From assembly GCA_964106915.2 (NCBI GenBank), contig OZ066920.1: a stretch of DNA of 64,000 nucleotides. The stretch is one strand, 5' to 3'. Below, piece by piece: positions 51,451 to 64,000 of the stretch. The notes beneath the pieces were generated by a model. The model was not told the origin of the DNA and did no database searches. It saw nothing but the letters and a program-made list of their open reading frames with translations. This stretch comes from Podarcis gaigeae. Its lineage: Eukaryota. The position numbers were made by a program, and so were the translations under genes. Position 1 is the stretch's first letter. Every line of letters starts with the position of its first letter.

Positions 51451-52257
51451 GACTATAAGGTCTCAAAGTGGCGGGTGGGGTGGTATTTTGTGTGGAGAGG
51501 GAATCTATAAAGTTGGACTTCCTCCTTGCAAAAAACCCTGTTAATTCAGGACACTGAAAGTGAGAAGGCAGAAGCGGGTGCCACTTTGTGCATCCACCTA
51601 TCAGCACTTCTCATAACATTTGAAGCCACTCCTCTTTTAAATTACTCAGAACGGAACGTACATTCCTGTAAATGCTCATCCTGGGAAGAAGTTGTTCCTT
51701 GCTTACACCAGGCTCTCAGAAGAGCTATAAGAATATTAAGTCATAGATTTAGAATATAAACACCCAGTGATGGCCTTGGCTTTTCAGGAATATTTGTCAT
51801 CTGTTTCATTTTATAATCTTTATGTGTGTCTAAAATGGAAATTCTGTCAAACAAAACCCTAACATATTCAGTAATGATTCTGAACAGTCAGCTGAAAAAT
51901 ATGCAGTTTACATACTTGTTGGATATCGCAGCCTGACTAGCTTATGGAAGTATGAGTGCTATGCACTGCCACCTTGCTTCATCTAACTCCACAACAACAA
52001 TCGTCATCTATATCTTCGTAATTTGAATAAACAGCACACGCACAGTGAGGAGGTGGTACTAAATTACTCAGTGGTTCTTTTCCATTTCTCATGTGCCATT
52101 TATATACGTTTTGCATTTCCGTTAGCTTCTTGTATCTATCCTTGATGAGAAAGTGCTAGTATGCATTCTCTTGATCATAGAAAAAAATGTAGCTAATCGA
52201 CTTCATTAATACTTTTAATTGCAGAACAGCAGTAGCAGAAAATGATTTTGTATACTC

Positions 52258-52401
52258 GGGGTCTTGGCTCAGTGGTAGAGCAAAAGGTCTCCGGTTCTGG
52301 CTATGGCATCTCCAGGAAGAGCTAGGAATATCCCATCTAAATTTCTGGAGAACTACTGACTGTCATTGTGCACAATACTGAGCTAGTTGGGCCAATGTCT
52401 G
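52258..52401 (+). mobile_element. tRNA-derived squamate SINE, abutted or interrupted by a MITE
   Basis: GGCTCAGTGGTAGAGC head; CAATACTGAGCTAG...GGCCAATG 3' region. Confidence 0.65.
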
Positions 52402-52403
52402 TA

Positions 52404-52621
52404 CAGTGGTACCTTGGGGTACAGACTCTTCAGGTTACAGACTCTGCTAACCCAGAAATAGTACCTCAGGTTAAGAACTTTGCTTCAGGATGAGAACAGA
52501 AATCGTGCTATGGCGGCAGCAGGAGGCCCCATTAGCTAAAGTGGTACCTCAGGTTAGGAACAGTTTCAGGTTAAGAACGGATCTCCAGAACGAATTAAGT
52601 TCTTAACCCGAGGTACCACTG
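52404..52621. mobile_element. Tc1/mariner-type MITE
   Basis: TA-CAGTGGTACCT...AGGTACCACTG-TA; same subfamily as 60355 and 62202. Confidence 0.9.
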
Positions 52622-53312
52622 TAGAGTGTAACATGTGAAAGCAAACTGTAGTGAGAAACCGTGTTGTTCCTTCCCAGTCTATATAGTACATTTTGGCAGT
52701 TTCATGAGCAAGCCTAGTAGCCAAGTCAGGAGTCATATCATTATAGTGTCAAGGTAAAGAAAAGGAGCCGATGAAGTCGAGCGAGGAGCCAGAATGACTC
52801 AAGTTAAGATTGCTGCGCACATCACAGCTGCAAGACAAAGGCTGCTTCACATCACATAGCATTTGTCTCTGTGGTAAACTGTTGGCATGTAACGGCTCAC
52901 CACAGAAAATCAAGGCCACTTTGAAAAGGAGACAATCTGTTCTATGTTGTGTCTCAAGCTCCAGGAGGAAGTACACTAGCAGCACCCATGAACAAAATCC
53001 AGCCCATGTATTGCATAAAAGCAAATGAAAATCATTAACTTATGTTATTGAACCCATAGAATTTTCTCACCAACAGAATGCAAATAGCACTGTTAAGTGT
53101 CACAAGGAATACATTCCCTTGCATACACTACCTTTAAAGCCTCGGCTTTGAAATAAAAATTCATACCCCATGAGGGTACAGTAGGTATTCTCATGTCACA
53201 CTAATAGCCTCACAGTAAACTACAAACTATTTTAAATGCTTGGGGTAGCAGAAGTGCTGGCCTGCATGTGTGCCATTTCTATAGTGACATATGAAGGGCT
53301 ATAACTTGCCAG

Positions 53313-53445
53313 TCATACCATTGCAGAGTTGGAAGGGATCCCAATGGCCATCTAGTCTAACCCCCAGCAATGCAAGAATCTCAACCAGATCATACATGAT
53401 AGATAGCCATACAGTCTCTGCTTATAAACCTCCAAGGAAAGAGTC
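53313..53445 (-). mobile_element. CR1 LINE 3' fragment
   Basis: GAGTTGGAAGGGATCCCAATGGCCATCTAGTCTAACCCCC; similar to the fragment at 22601. Confidence 0.72.
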
Positions 53446-53538
53446 TGCTGCCTCATACCGAGAGTACGTGAACTGGAGCAATGGGGGAGGGGAGGAGAGA
53501 ATTTGATTGTACTGTTATTCAGATGCTAATCAATGCAT

Positions 53539-53874
53539 GGGACGCTGGTGGCGCCATGGTCTAAACCACAGAGCCTAGGGCTTGCCAATCACAAGGTCGG
53601 CGGTTCGAATCCCCGTGATGGGGTGAGCTCCCGTTGCTCGGTCCTGCCACCTAGCAGTTCGAAAGCATGTCAAAGTGCAAGTAGATAAATAGGTACCACT
53701 CTGGCGGGAAAATAAATGGCGTTTCCGTTCACTGCTGGCCACATGACCCGGATGTTGTACACATGACCCTGAAGCTATACCTGGAAGGCTCCCTCAGCCA
53801 GTAAAGCGAGATGAGTGCTGCAACCCCAGAGTCATCCGCGACTGGACCTAACAGTCAAGGGTCCCTTTACTTTT
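53539..53874 (+). mobile_element. Sauria-type SINE, near full length
   Basis: tRNA-like head with A box and B box (GGTTCGAATCC); AAGTGCAAGTAGATAAATAGGTACC core; GGGTCCCTTTACTTT tail. Confidence 0.88.
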
Positions 53875-56729
53875 AATCTGTACAACGAAATCAGCTCTAA
53901 ATTCCTCCAGGAGACAGCAGCTTCCTGCAAAGGGTGGGAACTTAAGAGAAATGCTCCAATTGAAGTTGCCATTAGCTTAACCTCATTATTCCACACTCAC
54001 ATGTAGGCACAACCAGTTTGTGCTTACTGATGGCTATTAAATTTGTTACAAGCAGATGAGTTTTAACAAGTGGGTTACATTCCCTTTATTGTCACAGACA
54101 GAAGTCAGGGAGCAGCACAAACAGAAGTCTGTCTTCAATGCCATCCTTTTGGGGAAGTGGTTGATGGCGTAGGACTTTGTGCAGACTGGGTAGCGGTTTT
54201 GGTGGATCTCGTAGAAAAGGTGGGCTGACTTGTGGAGGCCTTCCTTTGCAAACAAATAGGCATGCAATTTCTAAGTGCACGGGCGTGCACTTTTTCTGCT
54301 TCTTTGAACTGAAACACTGACTAAAAACCCCACAAAAAGTTAGTAACATACAAGACATATTTACAAGGCTGTATATAAAAGAAACTTATAGCTTGACATG
54401 GCAGGGTATGTCCAGATTTAGGCAGCCTTATCAGGACCATGGATAGCTCCCAGTGAGTTCTGCTGCCTATAGCCCTTCCTCCCACTCTTCATTGTGGGTA
54501 ATAAAGGGATGTTGCCATAGCAGAGATGCTGCTTGGAGCCTTGTGAAAGCTGGAGAGACCTCCCCTTCTGTGGGAGCTGCCTGGGCAAGGGGCAGGATCC
54601 CTTGTTCTGTAACCACAACCTTTTACAAGATGGGAATGTTGGAGATGCTGCTCGTCTTCAGATACTGATGGCAAAAGAGCCGTTTCCTCTGGCCAAGAGG
54701 GCATAGGAGGAAGTGCTGAAGATTCTGTCCTGTGTCCAAATTGCTGTTGTAATTTGCAAACCCACAGGGGATGAGATGTTGAGATGTATTAAAAGGCTTA
54801 CTTGAGATAATGTGAGCCAGGGTTTGTTAATATGGAACTGTGGTGTAAAATTATTATTTAATTAAAAATAATTAGTAGCAGCAACCACTTTATTATTACA
54901 CATACAGTACTCTATCAACTTTTCATGTTCATTGTTATAACACTACTAGTCTTTGCAGATTGGAGAATGGAGGACGTGGTATGATTTGCCTTGGCAAAGC
55001 TGGGTCTTATCTGGCTTTAGAATTCATCTCTTTATTTTTGTACCCATTGATTTTCAAACATGAGTAATGTTTTGTGTGCATCATGCTCTATGACTCACAT
55101 GAGTAGGTAATCACAAGGCAAATTACTCAGCTGTCATTTCTGGATGGTCACCTCACCATTTCAAAGAGGATCTTGTTTCTTTTGTATTGAACCTAGTGCA
55201 GGATGTCACTTACGTCCACATGGAATTCTCATTTATTTCATTCCATGAGTACAATCTGTCTTGGGGCACTAAGTAAGAGGCATTGGCATGAGAGCTCTCT
55301 AAAACTCCTTCAGACATTTTGTAAAACGAAGGTTCAAGTAATCCAAATATCGGTTGCTACTCTCCCCCTTCTAATACCCAAGCATCTACCATTCATTCCC
55401 TGCAGGCAATCCTTCTTTTAAATTACATTAGGTTTAGTCATAAGAGCTCTTCAGAATTCATCCTCATATCTTCTATTAGGCGTTGCGATCCTTCTCCCTT
55501 GTAATATTTTTATATACGGAACTTAACTTCAGCTGAATAGTAGTCACCTTTACATTCTGTAGCAGGAAAGTATAGCATGACCTGTCTTCCTTACTAAAAC
55601 AAGGCACTCAAAACCTATAAGAGACGTGTTAAAGAATGTATAAAACTCTAGCACACCACTGCAAATAATGTTAGTGAAACATCTGGTGTGCTCATGATCT
55701 CAATCCATTGTGGGACACTTTTGACACTCCAATTACCTTAACATTTAATTCACCCTGCCAAAAATAGTCACCAAGGATAGAAATTAAGCCAAGAACATGT
55801 GAGAACCCAAAGCCTATAAAGATAACCAAGCTAGTGAGCTCTCGTCCCAGGGTAGCTTGGTCATTGCAATCCTACAAAATCCCAAAAAAAGAATGCTTTA
55901 CCATAACTTATGCACAAATGTGAGAAAAAAATTAGTTGCTGGAGCCCACACCAACTGTATTATGTATGACAAACATTCCACTGGTTTCACAAACATGACA
56001 TCAATTCTGATTTATTTATTAGTTATATTATTGTTGATTTCATTCTTCTTGCTGGTGCTTTGCTCTATGCTGCTACTTTCCCCCTTTCAAGCAGGAACAT
56101 CCCTATTTATGTACCAATCCTCAGCATCTTTGAGTTAAATAACATAGGACAAGAACTCTCAGCAGTCCCAGATTACTCTGGGCCAGGTTGGAGCCGTCCA
56201 GAGTGATCTAGGTCTGTCAAAAGAGGGGAGATGGTCTGGCAGCAAGAAACAGTGTGGGCAGAAGGATGCTCCCAGACAGCCTATAAATGTCTCCTTCTCC
56301 ATCCTACCCCTCACCACAAAGTCCTAAAACCTGATTAAATACATGGTCCAGAGAGGAGGGAGGGGAGGCATATCTCTCCCATGTCCCCTGATTGCATGGC
56401 TATGAAAGATTGGGGAACATATGGAAGAGAAGGCTTATGGGCCTGCTTCTGGAACTAGTATGGGAGCAAATGATTGGATTTCGTTCCTGCAGCATGGTCC
56501 TAACCTAAACCTGCGTGGCAACAGCTGCTTTTTGTAAACAAAACTCCCTTTTCATTTGATGCTCTGAAAAGTTGTTTCTAATGGTACTTGGAATTCACCA
56601 GGGAACCTACAGGTCAATACTAAGAAAGCAGTCAAGCTAAATCAATGTTGTGCATCCAGAGCCTGTGCTGCCCAATCAAGATTTTGTGCAAGAATAATTT
56701 CAGACACTGACCAGTGGCAAGAAATGTGT

Positions 56730-57290
56730 TTGCCAACAAGGAATGGTACTTCCAAGGTGGACATGTAAAAAGGCTAAAATATATTGGCTACAAATGCGTA
56801 CATTGATACAGCAGATTTTAAAGGTTAATATTCAATTGAAGCTGGAACTCTTTCTTTTAGGGTTAATGGATACAGAACTAGAAAAGAATTATAGAAGATT
56901 ACTCCAACATGTGATTACAGCGGCAGGATTATTATATGTACAAAGATGAAAAAATACAGCCCTGGCTGATAAAATTATTAAACTAGGCTGAGACGGCAAA
57001 TAATTGTTGACATTTATTCAGGACTGGTAACTTCTTACTGACTTTCTGTGTGAAAGAGAAAATGAACTTGTAGCACAGTGATTTGAAGATTGAAAAAATA
57101 CTGGTTTACAGAGGATAGAATGGTTGGCTCTTAATGAGTGGATACTATATTTAGCTGCAGGACAATGAATCTGAAGTCTTTATCTTTATCATTCTTTAAT
57201 TTTTTTTCTTTCACATTCTCTTCTTTTTCTTTTCTTATTTATGCCTTTGTTCTTTTTTAGATTAAGCAGCTGATTTATTTCAGAGTATTA
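56730..57290 (+). mobile_element. L1/Tx1-clade LINE ORF2 C-terminal and 3' UTR remnant
   Basis: Peptide WTCKKAKIYW...QILK...ELFLLG...ITAA.LLY resembles the L1-clade ORF2 region after the zinc knuckle; contains stops; boundaries approximate. Confidence 0.65.
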
Positions 57291-57889
57291 TAAAAAGATA
57301 CTTGTAATGGGTATGAACTTTTGTATATCTCTGAATGAGTAGCAGTAATAGTGACTTACGGTATTTACAGAGTTCCCTACCAATAGCACCAAAACAAGAC
57401 TGTAAAATACAATAAACCATGGACATAATTCAGCTAAAGCAAAGTGCTTCAAAATCAGATTCATTTATGCACGAGAGGGTTAACTTTCCCTTTGAAATCA
57501 GGACTTCCGAGGGCTTCACTGTGGCTTGGCTGTGCCCAGTGTAAAAAAGAAAGAAAGACTTAAAACATTTATATATTTCCTACAAGGGGATTATATAGTA
57601 ATAGAAGGGAACATAATACTGTACAGAAGTGGTTTTCACATTTTCGGTCTACAGAAAACCACTTTTCCAGATTTTTTGATCTGCTGACAAATTCTTACAC
57701 ATCTGCTGCATAACCGCAGAAAAGTCTCAAGGATGGTTTAGGATGTGTTATTGATTCACTGGCTTGGCCTATTGGCTTGTGGAAACTGAATGTTCCAGAA
57801 CATATCCAACAATCCTCTGCAGCTGTGCACTGCAAGGAGAGATGAGTGACGGAAGGAAAGTTGTCCTTCAAGAAAACACAGCTCATTTC

Positions 57890-57990
57890 ACTATCAGAAC
57901 CTAAAAAGAGCCCTGCTGGATCCATTCAAAAGGCCCATTTAGTCCAGCATCCTGTTCACAGTGGCTAACCAGATGCCTGTGGAAAGCCCT
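57890..57990 (-). mobile_element. CR1-type 3' end fragment
   Basis: AAGAGCCCTGCTGGATC...AAGGCCCATTTAGTCCAGCATCCTGTTC motif. Confidence 0.6.
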
Positions 57991-59831
57991 TAAGGCAGAT
58001 TGTCTTCCACTATTCAGCTTTTAACTGAGGAATCCCAGAGTTCCTCAGAATACTGTACTACTGGGGGGGGGGATAGGTTGCAATCCTGTGTGCCCTTGTT
58101 TTCCTGGGGTTAAACCACATCATGCACAATGAGACTTCTATGTGTAGGAGTGCAGTCTCCAAGTGACCCTTGGTTTCTGAGATGGGCCATTGCCAACATC
58201 TGTTAATATTGCAGTAGCAGCCAGTGTGATGGGGCAGACCCACCATCCCAAGACTGGTGCTGCTTCACCTTACCTGGATGAGACTGGAGTGGGCAGAGCT
58301 GCTCCATCCATTGCTGTAGCAATACTGGTGTCAGGAGGGAGCTCTGAGTATCTCTGACCCACCATGCCAGCTGCTGTTGGATATTTGTATAGCTTCCGTT
58401 AGTTAGCTGTACACACTGTTTTTGCAAAATGGCTTCTAGGAAATACTTCTTATTTTTGCTAGTGCATAGCTAAAAGGAATGTCCCAACTAGATTGTACCA
58501 AGGTTACACTTACATGTCAGGAAAATGCATTTGGTTTGTAACAGCTGTCCGAGCGTTATAATAAAAGAAGCTTTATTTCCACTCCATGCCTGGTTTATTG
58601 AGTATTTAATTTTTCATAATCAGCGGCACCTTGTATGCATTCCATGAACACATGCCTGGCATTTAATACAGCCAGAGTTCTGCTCTTTCAATTACTTGTC
58701 TTGAGTCCTCATGGATAGGGTCAATTATAAATAGCAAAGGAAACAGTCCTTCTCTAATTATGTTGAAATACCAGTTATTTCCTTTAGTTGCTGCTATGTT
58801 ATTTTCTTTAACCAATCAAAAGTTACCCTCTGACATGTCATTAAAAAGCAGCTAAGGACCAATGAGTTTGAATGCAATGCCCAGTAAAAGATGTCTGCCC
58901 TTTTTTGATCCTACTGTACCTTACAAGGAAAAAAATGGTCTCTAATGACAACTGACATAACAGAAAATGCATTAAAAGCACATAGACACTTCTAGCAACT
59001 GTGCTAGCCTAACTCTTTCTTGGCAAATGAAAACCACATGTACATTGTATCTCTCAGAGAACTCTGCTAAAAGCACACAGCCAACCCTTTAACCCTCATT
59101 CATTTTATTATCTACCACTTTGTGTAAGCGAGCTGTCTTACACAACTTTATACTGCACCTATGTTCCTTTAATGTCACAATGCTACTTTCCCCTCTGCCA
59201 CACTCATATACACCCAGTCTTTCACAAAGCTAGAAGAACTCAAATATTTGGTATTTAGTCTGGCCTTAACACGTCAACTAAACATCTATCCATCTACACT
59301 TTCCTGTAAATCAAGCTTCACTTTTATTAACCTGAGCACAATTTCAGTAGAAAAAGATATAAATGCAGACAGTAGTGGAAGGAAGAGAAATGGAAGACTG
59401 AATCTGACTGAAATAAAAGATGGCACTGATGAGGTAAAAAAAAGACCAAGTCAATTCACTCTGGCAGAGAACAAGCCTTGAGGAAAGCTTTTCTTCTGAA
59501 AACTGGTCTAAACAATAGATGTTGTATTTGTAGCCACAGAAGAAGGGGTGTGATTTGCTCAGGGAAGAAGGGGAGGCTGTCCTCTTCTTCCCCAAGCAGC
59601 TCCTCTGATTTGCTTCTGTGCAATTTGGTGACCAGGAACTATATAAATGCTCTCCTTCCCTAGCTTTATTATTTTCCTCCTCACAGACTCTAGCTTCAGG
59701 TCATGGACCGGTTGGATGCAGAGGGATGGTGGGTGGAACCAGCTAGGGAACTACCGAGGGAAGAAGGCTCAGAGCCAGGGGATTGATTGTAGGCTGATGA
59801 TGAGCTGTCAGAGGGAGAAGAGGAGGATGAC

Positions 59832-60276
59832 TGTTAGGAGCGTCCTCCTGTCGTGTAGGACCCTGGTAGAGACACATGCCCAACTGGCATGTTCTCTCCC
59901 TCCTGGTCGATCGTTTGGGAGCTTCAAAAGCTTTCTTCTGCCTGAACATCACAGCTACTGATGACAACAGACATTGGCACACTTAGGGATACGCAGAGTC
60001 TCCACAGTTTGTGTAACAGAACCAATATCACAGCATTTTGGCTAATCTACGTTTATTTACATATAATACACTCAGCGGTTTCTGACTTAGCTCCTCCCTC
60101 TTTCTAATCAGACACCAAAGAGAGAAAAGAACAAAGGACAATAGTCCCACTTCATGGAACACAGTAACACAAACATCCTGTCTCCGTCACTTCACACACT
60201 GTGGAATGAAAACATACACCGTCATGTGATGGACAACAATCCCATAACTGCAGACATGGGGAATGAATCTCCAACA
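59832..60276 (-). mobile_element. Solo LTR (445 bp) with 5-bp TSD ATGAC
   Basis: TGTTAGGAG...CTCCAACA inverted ends; ATGAC at 59827-59831 and 60277-60281; AATAAA on the minus strand near 60052. Confidence 0.82.
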
Positions 60277-60354
60277 ATGACTAGGAGAAGGAGGTGTTGG
60301 AAGCTGAAGAGGTAGCAGGGTTTAGTAAGCAGGCAGAGGCTGTGGCAGAGAGTA

Positions 60355-60526
60355 CAGCGGTACCTCGGGTTACAGACGCTTCAGGTTACAGACTCTGCTA
60401 ACCCAGAAATAGTACCTCAGGCAGCTGGAAGCCCCATTAGCTAAAGTGGTGTCTCAGGTTAAGAGCAGTTTCAGGTTAAGAACGCACCTCCAGAACGAAT
60501 TAAGTTCTTAACCCAAGGTACCACTG
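60355..60526. mobile_element. Tc1/mariner-type MITE, internally deleted
   Basis: TA-CAGCGGTACCTCGGGTTA...TAACCCAAGGTACCACTG-TA. Confidence 0.88.
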
Positions 60527-62201
60527 TAGTCTAGAATCAGAGGCAGAAGCTGAAGCAGGAGAGTGAGATGAGGAAGGCCAAGAGGCAGAGATGAGCCAGG
60601 CTGGGTATCTCCCCCTCCTACTGTGCCAGGCTCCCCTCCCCTTGTCTCCCAGAACCAGAAGAGGCATGAAAATATTGGCTTTGTGCAGGCACATTCCCCT
60701 ATTGCTTGATTGTGTTCTTGCTAGTAAAGAGTTAATTCCAACTTGAACAGTGTGGTTTACTGCCAACTCACTGTCACTTCTCCTCCCATGTGTGTTTGTG
60801 TGTGTGCACACGTGCACATGAGTGTGTGCTAGCACTAGGGAGGATAGAAAAAGTGTGTGTCAGGAAAGAAAGACACACACACAGAGAGACAGACAGATTG
60901 TGTGATAGGGCCTGCCTCCAACTCACCAGATTAAATGGCCACCCACTGTCAATGGATGCAACCCATAATGTATATCGGTTTTCAGTAACTCTTGAAATTG
61001 ATACCTTTTAGTTTAGTCCCATGCTCTAGACATGTTTTTGCATATGGCAATATTGTGCCGTATCTAGAGGGCACTCTTGCATGCAGAAAGTATATGCGAT
61101 GAATTGCAAGCTTTCACGGCCAATAATGCTTTCCTGTGGGATGTGTTTAATAATACTAAACATAATGTAAAATATGCCAAAATTCCATTCCAAGGGGAAA
61201 AAAATATTATTAAATTTCCAAAGGAATGACATAAATCAAATGCTTGTTTAGGAGCTTCTATTTCAGTAGCACAGTATCTACAAACATTGTGCAAATCCCA
61301 CAGGGAATATTTTATGACATCACGAAGGAATCCCTTTGTTTATTTAAAGGAAAGGATGAAATGGGTGTATTAGCATATTCTTTCTGGCATCTAACAGAGT
61401 CCTAATGCATTCTTTTAAATTCATTATCTCACTTTCCTCTTATTGTGAAAGTCCAGACTTGAGCACGCACGTCTGTCCTTAATAATATAAAAACCATGAA
61501 CAAATTATGTTTTATAGTTATAGTCAAAGCTGTTGACAACTTGTCCTTTCAGCATATTGCATTAAAGAAGAAGTATAAATGTTTATCCAACTTTTTAAAT
61601 TTTAAACATTGCCAACAGAGAGGCAATACTAAATAAAACTGTGCTCTGAAGCTCTTCTCCCCTCTACGTAGTCTCACCGATTGCTTCTGAAATGACAGTT
61701 AATAAGGTAATGCTGTGAATAAGCTTTTTTTCTACACTGGGCAACATAGGCAGCAAGTCTGTCACCATTGCATTGGCTGTTTGCACATCCTGCCTCAAGT
61801 GCTAGGTCACAGTAGCGGGTTGTGTGAACTTTTGCCCTTTTTGATGGGTTACTTTAAGGAAGGAGAAATTGGATTGTGAAACTTCCTTGTGACTGATTCA
61901 ACCTCTCAAGAATAAATGTGCTGGAAAGCCTTTGTGTGAGGTCCACTGAAAGAGCCTTCAAGGAGGCCTTAAATAAATTGCTTCACAGTTGGGGGGGATG
62001 AATGAGTTTGGCTGCACTTGATCATGGTCTTGGTAAATTGAAATGTGCTGACGTATTACTGAGCAACAATGATTTCCAACCAAAGAATATTCCAGGGTTG
62101 TATGCATTTACAACGGGAGCAAAATACAACCAGAGAATGAAAACTAGCATTGCTTCCCTTTGGTTAATGTAAATCAAACCTGGACAGTTACTTTCACAAT
62201 A

Positions 62202-62426
62202 CAGTGGTACCTCGGGTTAAGTACTTAATTCGTTCCAGAGGTCCGTTCTTAACCTGAAACTGTTCTTAACCTGAAGACCACTTTAGCTAATGGGGCCTCC
62301 TGCTGCTGCTGCTCCGTAAGAGCACAATTTCTGTTCTCATCCTGAAGCAAAGTTCTTAACCTGAAGCACTATTTCTGGGTTAGCGGAGTCTGTAACCTGA
62401 AGCGTATGTAACCTGAGGTACCACTG
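62202..62426. mobile_element. Tc1/mariner-type MITE, opposite orientation to 52404 and 60355
   Basis: TA-CAGTGGTACCTC...GAGGTACCACTG-TA. Confidence 0.9.
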
Positions 62427-62896
62427 TACAGTTGTTACAGACAGCCTCACTGAAGATGGGTGCTGGGTGACACTGCTAATATAATGGGTGCAATAATTAA
62501 CACCCCCCCCATCATATTCACACAGCAGAGGTCAATAATTAATTGTTTGTACTACCTTTTATGTTTAACAGTCACAAAGGTATATTTCTGTGAAGACCCA
62601 GTCCCTACCCAGAGGCTCAAAGTATGAGGAGGCACTACAGGGGGCAACCATTTTGCATGCATCCAATTGGTGCATGACCGCTGATGCAGATCCTTTTGGA
62701 CCAGGAAAAGGGCAAACCAGGGACAGGCGTAATGAGGCGGGCTTATGCACACTCCACCAATGTGTGCAGGAGCCCAGAATGGAAGCCCTGTACTGTACAT
62801 TTATTTAATTGCACTCTTTGAGGTTTTAACAAAACTTAATTTAAAACACACACTCTTTTCAGAGCAGCTTTTAAGCAGCACTCGTTTGAAACCAAG

Positions 62897-63517
62897 TGTC
62901 CTGAAATCCTGGCCTACCTTGCAGCAAGTCAGTATGCCAAGTCTAAAATCCGAAGTCCAAGGGTCCAGAAACACAGTCCAGGGTCAATCCATGTAGAGTT
63001 GCAGACCAAGTCTGAAGCAGTCAGGATACAGTTCAGAGTCACACCCAAAGCACAGTACCCTAAGGGCCAGGAACATGGATCACTGATCAGACACAGACTC
63101 TCAGTTCTGCTTTAGCTTTTATACCTTCCATGCTGATTGCAGCATCTGGGCTTGGTGAGACATGTGACCCTCACCTGCTTCAAGCCTACTCCAGCTGAAG
63201 AAGAACACACGTTCTTCCAGAGCTAGCAAACCCCACCTGGCCAGCTAGGGAACTGAGCTGTGGGCCTTTGCCTGCCTCAGCCTCCTGGAGTGCCCCGTCT
63301 GCTGCTCCCAATACCTCAGAGTCTGCTGCATTCGTGGGGACAGGGCCCTCTCTGGTGATGTGTCCTGCTGCTCTGGTTTCTGTGCACTGACCGCCAATCC
63401 CTCCCCAACCTCCGTCGCCCTGTGAGTATTTCGTTCTCCATCCTCTGCTTCCTCAGTGTGTCCCAGTCCTGGCTCCAACCTTCTTCCTTCTCCCCATCAT
63501 CCTGCCAGTTCATGACA
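62897..63517 (-). mobile_element. Solo LTR (621 bp), Gypsy-like, with 4-bp TSD CAAG
   Basis: TGTCCTGA...TCATGACA inverted ends; CAAG at 62893-62896 and 63518-63521. Confidence 0.75.
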
Positions 63518-64000
63518 CAAGGTCTCAGAGGTAGACCTTTCCCACCTAGAATGGCTGTCAGTGATCTAGCCAAGAACAACCACTCAGCTCTTTCTAGGAC
63601 TTAACTTATCCACTGGGAATCCAAACCAGGTTTCCCTGCCTAGTACTAAAGACTTGGTCCCTTGCAAAGGCCAACAAAAAATCAGGAGTGTGTTGAACTA
63701 CCCTAATTCCCCATCAGAGGATCTCAATGATCAAGATGGAGCATGGGATCAGATCATCCTTAAGGTACTTTGGGCCCAGGTTGTTTGATTCAGCAGCTTC
63801 TGGAAGGATCCAGATTGGGCAAGGCTGGTATAGTGGATTCATTTTGTTGTATGAAGACTACGCAATGTGAACAGGCTCTGTCGTAAGTAGCCGCTTCCAG
63901 GTTTGTCATTTGCACATATCTGCTCACATGCCAGCCCAGCATAAGCCCCACTTAATTGTCCCATTCTTCCTAGCTGCCAGTCTATAATAAATAATAATAA

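Larger units (their letters stand above)
59699..60685 (+). mobile_element. GA-rich LTR-like repeat interrupted by two younger insertions
   Basis: Begins GGTCATGGAC (compare TGTCATGAAC of 62897-63517). Purine-rich sequence resumes after each insert. Right end approximate. Confidence 0.55.

Noticed and set aside
52404-52621. Repeated CAGGTTA units resembling a CRISPR-like or regulatory array
   Set aside because: They are internal subterminal repeats of a TA-flanked MITE with several copies in the window, in a eukaryotic context.
52650-64000. Search for a downstream neighbouring gene
   Set aside because: No ORF with a recognisable product, no consistent exon chain and no second CpG island. Small exons of a neighbouring gene cannot be excluded by eye.

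Overview
Vertebrate genomic DNA, most likely from a squamate (probably a lacertid lizard, inferred from Sauria-type SINEs and other lizard-like repeats). The window holds one complete protein-coding gene on the + strand, RB1CC1 (FIP200, the ULK1-complex autophagy scaffold). It has a CpG-island promoter at about 4.5-5.4 kb, two probable non-coding exons and 22 coding exons (ATG 12659 to TAA 49583). All coding introns are GT-AG with consistent phases. The spliced CDS is 4776 nt (1591 aa), or 1594 aa with an alternative donor 9 nt downstream. The rest is intronic or intergenic DNA with SINEs, CR1/L2/L1 fragments, hAT and Tc1/mariner MITEs and three solo LTRs with intact target-site duplications. 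I see no second gene and no convincing novel multi-gene system. The best leads concern RB1CC1 isoform and translation control: a uORF chain whose last stop overlaps the main ATG, two candidate ways in intron 15 to make Claw-less FIP200 (intronic polyadenylation and a cryptic Cys-rich exon), two in-frame stop-free mini-introns, and tandem splice sites in the Claw domain. Repeat family names come from pattern recognition, not database searches.
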